From the human T2T-CHM13v2.0 reference genome, Homo sapiens, in the NCBI RefSeq assembly GCF_009914755.1, contig NC_060926.1: 64,000 bases of DNA; one strand, given 5' to 3'. The translations under genes and the position numbers were made by a program. Shown piece after piece: positions 57,143 to 64,000 of this stretch. Every line of letters begins with the position of its first letter. The stretch's first letter is position 1. The notes under the pieces are model-generated. The model was not told the origin of the DNA. It saw only the letters and a list, made by a program, of their open reading frames with translations, and did no database searches.

Positions 57143-57915
57143 TGAGAGATAGGACTAGCTGGATTTCCTAGGCCGACTAAGAATCCCTAAACCTAGCTGG
57201 GAAGGTGACCACATCCACCTTTAGACACAGGGCTTGCAACTTAGCTCACACCAGACCAGTCAGGTAGTAAAGAGAGCTCACTAAAATGGTAATTAGGCAA
57301 AAACAGGAGGTAAAGAAATAGCCAATCATCTATTGCCTGAGAGCACAGCAGGAGGGACAATGATTGGGATGTAAACCCAGGCATTCGAGCCAGCAACGGC
57401 TACCCTCTTTGGGTCCCCTCCCCTTGTATGGGAGCTCTGTTTTCACTCTATTAAATCTTGCAACTGCACACTCTTCTGGTCCGTGTTTGTTACGGCTCGA
57501 GCTGAACTTCATCCACCACTGCTGTTTGCCGCCGTTGCAGACCCGCCGCTGACTTCCATCCCTCTGGATCTAGCAGGGTGTCCGCTGTGCTCCTGATCCA
57601 GCAAGGAACCCACTGCCACTCCCAATAGGGCTGAAGGCTTGCCATTGTCCCTGCACGGCTAAGTGCCCAGGTTTGTCCTAATCGAGCTGAACACTAGTCA
57701 CTGGGTCCCATTGTTTTCTTCCGTGACCCACCACTTCTAATAGAGCTATAACACTCACCACATGGCCCAAGATTCCATTCCTTGGAATCCATGAGGCCAA
57801 GAACCCCAGGTCAGAGAACACGAGGCTTGCTGCCATCTTGGAAGTGGCTCACCGCCATCTTGGAAGCCACCTGCCACCATCTTAGGAGATCTGGGAGCAA
57901 GGACCCCCGGTAACA
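57143..57915 (+). mobile_element. Complete solo HERV-W LTR (LTR17), 773 bp
   Basis: TGAGAGATAGGACTAGCTGGATTTCCTAGGCCGACTAAGAATCCC...GGACCCCCGGTAACA; TG..CA termini; 4-bp TSD CTCT at 57139-57142 and 57916-57919; ATTAAA at 57450; no PBS or internal sequence follows. Confidence 0.95.
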
Positions 57916-58596
57916 CTCTAAGGACCTGGCTTTCTCCTGGGGGCCTGTTGAGCACTACTCATTCTTTGTTGATAATTGAAGTATAAATTACAGAAAGTGC
58001 TCAATTGTAGGGGACTAGGTCAGCTTACATTTGTACACCCATAAAACCACTACCCAGGTCAAGATACAGAACGCTGTCACACCCCAGAAGGCTCCCTAGT
58101 ATCCCTCACTGTCAACCACTCCTCCAAAGGGTGACCACTGTTCTGTCCTCATCACATAGCTGAGTCTGAACTTCATGTGAATGGAAGCAGGCCTCCATGT
58201 CTCTTACGAGTGCATCCCACGGAAGCTGCAAATGATTCCACTTCAGCAGGATCACGGAGCAGAATTGGGCCAGAAAAGGCAGGGGAAACAGGATGTTTGG
58301 GCTGGAGGAAATAAATAGCCTCACGTTTAAGTGAGGACACTGAGGGCTCAGAGGACAGTTTGTTGACTTGTTCCTTATTTGACTAGCATTAACTGGGCTC
58401 AGGGACACATAGCAAGTTGGGGGAGGCAAATTTGAGATTAGAACTCAGAATCCCAGGACAACCTCCTTCCTTTTATCTTAAAGGTGCCCTTAGAACAAAA
58501 ACCAGGGCTGGCTTGCCCTGGCTGGGAGGTTTTTGCTATTCTCCATTTCTTCTGCTCCTCCCCCTGCCAGATGCCCCTTAGGCCTGAGACAGCTAC

Positions 58597-59250
<654 letters not shown>

Positions 59251-60087
59251 GCTACAGAGGCCTCCTGTCCCTTTCTTCCTGCACCCCAATTCTTCTTCAT
59301 ATAAATAGACTTTGCAATGATTTATTTTTCAGTTTGTCTTTTAAACGTACAGTTTCCACATCACCCGAATAATTATAGATTTACCCACCCTTACCAGAAA
59401 GGGTATGATGATGTATCATGTGCCTTCTACATGCAAAATGTTGTCATCAACTGCTTTGAGGAGTTACAGCCCCTGTTCAATGATGAGAAACAGTAGCTCA
59501 GGGCCCCTGGTGTTAGTGGCAGTTCTTGCTGCAAGGCTCCAAGGCTCTTCTAAGGTACCTGCTCCTCTTCACCTGACTCTCTCTTTAAATTTGTGATTAT
59601 TAAGCTTGTGAATCTGATTCACATTTTAGTTTGGAGGTCCAAACTTCACCTAGTTTTTAATATACACTGAAAAAGATCCTCCCATTTTTCTAATCTCTAC
59701 CTCAGATCTCTTTTTCATTTCTGCTTTCCCTAATTCCTTGCCCCGCCCAGTCCAATCTTCACCAAGACTTCCTTCCCCAAAGCCCTTCTATCTCTCACCA
59801 CTGTTACTTTCCCACCCTCGGCTGGCCTCATCGCCATACACCCAGACTGTGTCAGGGGCTCTCACTAAGTGGATTCGAGAGAGCAGTGCAGCTAGGACAC
59901 CCTTAAACAGCCCCTACGGAACCACCCCAGTCCTGGCTTACTTCTTTGTCCTTTATCCAATGCCAGCAGTGAGATTTGGACTATAGGATCCTGTCCTGGG
60001 AGTCCCCACAGTAGTCTTTGGGTTGCTATTGCCGAATGCCACCACAGAGAATTTCCCCGCAGAGTGAAGGCTGTGCTCTGGCATCGC

Positions 60088-60616
60088 TGCAATGGTTAGT
60101 TTTGTGCATCAACTCGACCGGGCTAAGGAATGCCCAGGTGGTTGATAAAATACTATTTCTGGGTGTGTTTGCAAGGGTATTTCTGGAAGAGATCAGCATT
60201 TGGATTGGTGAATTGGTGGACTGATGCCTTCCCCAATGGAGATCACATCATCCTATCCACTGAGGGCCCAAACGGAACAAAAAGGTGGAAGAAGGATTAA
60301 TTCTCTCTCTCTGCCTGAGCTGGGACATCAGGCTTCCCCAACCCTCGGATACTGGTACTCCTGGTTCTCAGGCTTTCAGACTCAGACCTGGACTCTACAC
60401 CTTCAGCCTCCTGGGTTTTAGGCCTTCAGGCTTGAGCTGAAATACACCGCTGAATTACGCCTGTTTCCCTAGCTTGTAGATGGCAGACTGTGGGACTTTT
60501 GGGCTTCCATAACCACATGAGCCAATTTTTATAGTAATCTGCTCGTGTATGTGTGTGTGTGTGTGTGTGTATAAAATTGCCTAATTTGTTCTGTTTCTCT
60601 GGAGAACTCGAATACA
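60088..60616 (+). mobile_element. MLT2-family ERVL LTR with internal (GT)n (~60549-60570)
   Basis: atggttagttttgtgcatcaactcgaccgggctaagg...tggcagactgtgggactt...ttctgtttctctggagaac...aataca. Confidence 0.88.
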
Positions 60617-60919
60617 ATTGTGATGTCAATCTAAAGAGCTGCACTCCTGTCCCCTCACCTAGAGGAGGACAGAGACATCAATAACACACAGCTCCCAAGC
60701 CGGTTTTGCCCATCGTCATTCCCTTGCAGGTCTGTTAACCAGCACCAAGGTGATGGGTAGAGCAGGTTCTCTGTGGCAGCCTGCATCACTGCAGCTGGTG
60801 CCGAGGAACTACCCGTGGCTCTACCACATTGGCACAGCCAGGCATACAAGATCGCTGTCCTTACAGGGCCAGTAGGGCCAGCGAGGTCAGCTCTCTGATG
60901 AGAGGCAGCCTTGTGTGGT

Positions 60920-61200
60920 AGTGAGAGAACAGATTTTGGAAATAGACAGATCTGGGTTGAAATCTCAATTCCCCCACCACCCACTATCTGACCATGTGAC
61001 TTAATTCTTTGTGCTTCAGTTTCCTCATCTGTAAATGGGGAGGAGGCAATAACTCATTAGGAGAATTATTGCAAAGATCAGGTATGAGTATGTATTCAAG
61101 TTTACCCCTTCTCTGCTATTTTGAGCATGACATGAAATGACGCTTGTGGAAAGCATTCATTAGCACAGCACCTGGACCAATATGTGGTGAGAAGGTGCTC
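60920..61200 (+). mobile_element. MIR
   Basis: gacagatctgggttgaaatc...gcttcagtttcctcatctgtaaatgggg. Confidence 0.75.
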
Positions 61201-62359
61201 ACCAGATATTGCCTTCTCTCCCTTTCTTGATGACCATCTTTCTGATGCCAAACAAATCACTTCTCTGCCCTAACCTTCATCCTAGGTAACAAAGGACTGT
61301 TGGGTAAGGCAAAGGGTCAAGCCAGAGCTCACAGGTTTCCAGTTCTCCCTATGGCCACCCTTCCCAGACAGCCCCCTCTGACCTTTTGCATCCTGCACCT
61401 TTGCTAGAATTCCTGGGATCAAGAAACCTCCAATCTCAGGCTTGGAGCAGTTAACCCAGGTGTTGGGGGTGAGGGAGAGAAAAATGTTGAAATGTGAACT
61501 GGTTCACGATGACCCCAGCTCACAAGCTGCATGGATAATCACTGTTTATCAACTCACTGGAAAAAATGACTACAATTACATTTCACACATCAACAAAAGG
61601 AAAAAATAAAGCCCCATTGGAATGTCTGAGTCATTCTTCAGAGCCTTTAAATTACCCATTCATTATGACCCTTCTCCTCATCACGTACCCTCCCTTGCAG
61701 GGACCGGCGAGCTGCCATCTGCCTGTTGCTTGCCAGCCTGGCCAAAAGACTCTGCAGATCAACCAAGACTCTGTTTGGGGGCTTACAGTAGACCACAAGG
61801 AGCTATTAAAGGGATCAGCAAGGCCTGGAGGGTCTCTTCTAGGAGCAATTGTTTCAGACTCTTTTCTGAATTGTTGACTTGGGTGTGTCATTTACACACA
61901 CATACCAAAATCTGGCTGAGTGAGGAGGAGTCATGGTCAACAAGGAGATTTTGCTGTCACTTGGGGCCAGCATTTTTGCACAGATGTGAAACAACAGCTT
62001 CATGGTCATAGTTTGTTCAAAAATGAATCACTTCATTTAGGAGAAGAGGTAGGAGGGTTCAGCGGTAACCCCCGACCCCTGCCCCACGGAAACACTGCAC
62101 CTTGTCTGCCACCAGATGTGTGTGGTTCATTATCTGGTTTGGCCAATCTATATGTCCCCTGAAAACTAGGAATGATCACATCTTAAATTCACAGGAACAG
62201 TGGTTTTAAAGCAGTTTGGGGGTCTCAAAGATTCCCTTTGAGAATCTGATGGAAACTATGGATTTTCTCTCTGCAAATACCAACATAGGCTTACAAATTC
62301 CAGGGAGTCCATAGGCTCCCATGAGAGGCAGGGCATCCCCAAAACTCAGCTAGCACTAG

Positions 62360-62666
<307 letters not shown>

Positions 62667-63374
62667 TGACAGACTTGTTACTGAAGAAACCCTGGAGTGA
62701 ATTTGTTTATAAAGGGCCCTTTGGTCCCGGGGGTCCCCCCACCCCATCACCTCTTCTGTGGTTTTTTAAGACTTCATCTTTGAAAGTAGGATTTGCTCAG
62801 TGGAAAAAGAAGTAGCTCAGACACTGAGACCTACAGGTCCCTGTCCCAGGTCAAAATGAAGCTCCCCTTTCAGTTTATTCAGAGATCAGAACATTCTTTC
62901 CAAACCAGGAAATTGGATCAGGCCAACGTCAGTACAAAGTGCACTGTCAGGGCCTGGTGGGTAACTTGGCCTCTCGTGGGTCACTCCTTATGCTACCAAT
63001 ACCAGGACTATCTTAGATGTCTCGGCCAAAACCATAATCTCTGGCCCCCAAAGAGAATGCTGTCAGACAGCAAGGAATGACAGGTTTCCAGGAAGTGTAC
63101 GCCCTGTGCCACCCAGAGCTTCAAGAATCTTGGCTATCGTCCATTCATCAACTTGGTCATCAAATCTGCAGGCCATAGTGGGTGGTGAGCAACAAGTCTG
63201 GGCTGGAGAAGGCTGTGTTTACATAGCAGTTTTATGCCTGCCAATCTGTCTGTGAACTTTGGAAGACTTATTCACCACAGCAATATGGTAATTGTCAATG
63301 GGGACAATAAAGATTTCTTACGTCTGTGTGCCTTTTTACCCTATATAAAGCGCTTATGCCGATAAGGCATTCTC

Positions 63375-63890
63375 TTTTTTTATTGTGGAAAATATACATA
63401 CAATTTACCATTTTAACTATTTTTAAGTGTAAAATTTGGTGACATTAAGTACATTCACAACTTGTGCAACTGTCACCCCTATCCATTTTCAGAACTTTTG
63501 CATCATTCCAAACAGAAGCTCAATTACTTTCTGTTTCTCTGAATTTGCCTAACATAGGTAACTCACATATGTGAAATCATACAATATTTGGACTTTCGAG
63601 TACGGTTCATTTCATTTAGTGTAATGTGTTTGGGCTTATTCATGTTGTGGCATGTATCAGAATTTCATTCTTCCCTATGGCTGAATAATATTCCATTGTA
63701 TGTAGAGATTACATTGTGTTTGTCTATTCGTCTGTCAATGGACATTTGGGTCATTTCCACCTTTTGGCTGTGGTGAATAGTGCTGCTGTGCACATTGGTG
63801 TCTGGTATCTGTCTGAGTTTCTACTTTTTATTCTTTTCAGTAGATATCTATGAGTGGAATTGCTGGATCTTGTGGTAATTTTATTATATT
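63375..63890 (-). mobile_element. L1M 3'-end fragment
   Basis: atttaccattttaactatttttaagtgta...ggctgaataatattccattgtatg...agtggaattgctggatc. Confidence 0.88.
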
Positions 63891-64000
63891 TTCTTTTTTT
63901 TTGTTTTTTGAGACAGAGTCTCGCTCTGTTGCCCAGGCTGGAGTGCAGTGGTGCGATCTTGGCTCACTGCAAGCTCTGCCTCCCGGGTTCACACCATTCT
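63891..64000 (-). mobile_element. Alu (AluY-like), cut by window end
   Basis: T-run then gagacagagtctcgctctg...caagctctgcctcccgggttcacaccattct. Confidence 0.93.

Overview
Primate (almost certainly human) genomic DNA containing one complete protein-coding gene, LBH (limb bud and heart development), on the + strand. It has a TATA/GC-box CpG-island promoter at ~19.7 kb and three coding exons (19990-20015, 22656-22758, 45682-45870) that splice GT-AG in frame into a 105-aa acidic protein. A ~2.4 kb 3'UTR ends shortly after AATAAA at 48254. The rest is intron and flank rich in Alu, MIR, old L1, hAT/Tigger fossils, MaLR/ERVL LTRs and a complete solo HERV-W LTR17. Nearly all other ORFs in the track are artefacts of Alu, CpG-island or random sequence. 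The most notable observations are: (1) a ~440-bp inverted duplication in intron 2 (39028-39469 vs 39769-40196) that includes non-Alu sequence, begins exactly at an Alu-monomer 5' end and would fold the pre-mRNA into a long hairpin; (2) a PxIxIT-like candidate calcineurin-docking motif (PSIVVE) in LBH; (3) a weak first AUG followed by a better in-frame AUG (Met18); (4) a pure (GGAA)15 microsatellite ~8.4 kb upstream; and (5) an upstream TCF/TEAD/NF-kB motif cluster. Repeat subfamily names come from recalled consensus sequences, not from a search.
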